From contig CM060731.1 in NCBI GenBank assembly GCA_030704615.1, forward strand, positions 1,984,001-2,048,000: 64,000 bases of DNA, in the 5' to 3' direction. Each line of letters opens with the position of its first letter. The stretch's first letter is position 1. The position numbers were made by a program, and so were the translations under genes. This document shows, piece by piece, positions 63,001 to 64,000 of this stretch. The notes below the pieces were generated by a model. It had not been told where the DNA came from. It saw nothing but the letters and a program-made list of their open reading frames with translations, and did no database searches. The stretch is from Takakia lepidozioides. Lineage: Eukaryota; Plantae; Bryophyta.

Positions 63001-64000
63001 AATCCTTGCCGTGCTCATTGATCCCCCAGAATGTCGTCTTCTGCTTGTCCGCCTCCTTGATCGGCAACTGGTGATATCCGGATTGTAAATCCAAAGTGTT
63101 AAAGACCTTAGCATGCCCGATGGCATCAAAGATCTCCTCTGGTGTTGGCATGGCATACTTATCGGACTTGGTCTAACGATTTACAGGCTGGTAATCACTG
63201 CACATACGTCTCTCCGTCCAATTGCCATAGACATCCTTCTTGGCTGGCATCACTGTGGCTGAAGCATACTCTCCACCAGAGAGCTCCACCAAACCAGCCT
63301 CCCAGAGATCTTGAGTCCTCATCTGAATCAAAGACCTCTCCATGTCACTGTATCTATAGGGTCTCCGAAATATTGGCGTATCAGTGGCCAACTCAGTACA
63401 AATCTCTTGACCCTTCAGTGCTCCCAAGTCCTTCAAACTGAAGGCAAAGCAATTCCTGTAAGCCCTCAGGAACCGCCGTATACGTCGTCTCTCTCTTCCG
63501 GTGACAATGGGTCCAACGTCAGGCTCCCAATTGTCCTCCGTAACTGCAACCTTAAGTCTAGTTGGCTTAGAGGTAGAGGACGCGTCCAGTGGTTGCTATG
63601 TTGCAACCTCTTGAGCAGTACTCCCTACTGCTCAGTCAATGACAATGACAAGGCCTCATCCTGCCCCATCATCTCATCCTTGAGGACTTCCTCAACCCGA
63701 GAAAAATCCCCAACCTCATCCATCACCGTCACCTTGGCTGCCAACTCCCTCTGAACCTTCCTCCCACGTGTGCCATGGATGCATGCACCCCGTGGTCCTC
63801 TCATGCTCACCCCCACTCACTACCTATACCGTCTCGGTAGGCAGAGAGACCATCGAGGGAAGTGTACTCCGCACTCTGCGTTGCTCAGCCATAGCCAAGC
63901 TAATAATCCAGGTCAAGCAATTGAGATCCATTGCTTGCCCCAACACCTGACGACGTGATGCCTCAGAAAGAAATGGCACCGCCATGGTACCAGTGGTAAA
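60023..64000 (-). mobile_element. Ty3/gypsy LTR retrotransposon with a C-terminal PHD finger (runs off the window)
   Basis: RT (LDLQSGYHQ, LPFGLKN, YIDD), RH (DWS, YEGECLAV), INT (HEELGH..CMVC, LDFAGP, TDQGREF, GLAER). A short 3' LTR at ~60023-60202 carries ccactagt repeats and the PPT is at ~60203-60214. Confidence 0.92.
60448..60610 (-). CDS. PHD finger (C4HC3) at the end of the retroelement integrase
   Basis: CMLCGSAKGAGTMLVCDRCSRGWHMGCLTPPLEKVPDGDWLCPHC. Confidence 0.93.

Overview
This is eukaryotic, almost entirely transposon-derived plant DNA. A non-seed land plant (bryophyte, lycophyte or fern) is inferred from the PLS-type PPR fragments, the PHD-bearing Ty3/gypsy element and the RLE-type LINEs. 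No intact host gene is visible. The right half is a nest whose junctions can be read from terminal repeats and target-site duplications (TSDs). A SWIM/MULE-like DNA element appears to be split by a 24.4-kb CACTA element (32967-57367, TSD TTC). That CACTA contains a Galadriel-like chromovirus (34867-53919, TSD CACAG). The chromovirus in turn contains a 5.5-kb cargo-loaded CACTA (37207-42664) and a second copy of its own family (43661-50633, TSD CTCGG). The most unusual signal is a recurring cargo of OSB-type 'PDF' ssDNA-binding motifs, found in three CACTA contexts with different terminal inverted repeats (TIRs) and abutting PLS-PPR fragments in two of them. Other captured pieces include SET-domain, TRANK1/UvrD-like and RNA polymerase I fragments. 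The window also holds a CRE-clade RLE retrotransposon, two L1-like LINEs inside a ~265-bp satellite, a Dualen-like RLE LINE remnant, a hAT-type MITE, a cluster of three MITEs, a CACTA TnpD remnant, and a Ty3/gypsy element whose integrase ends in a PHD finger. Protein family calls come from motif recognition by eye, not from database searches.
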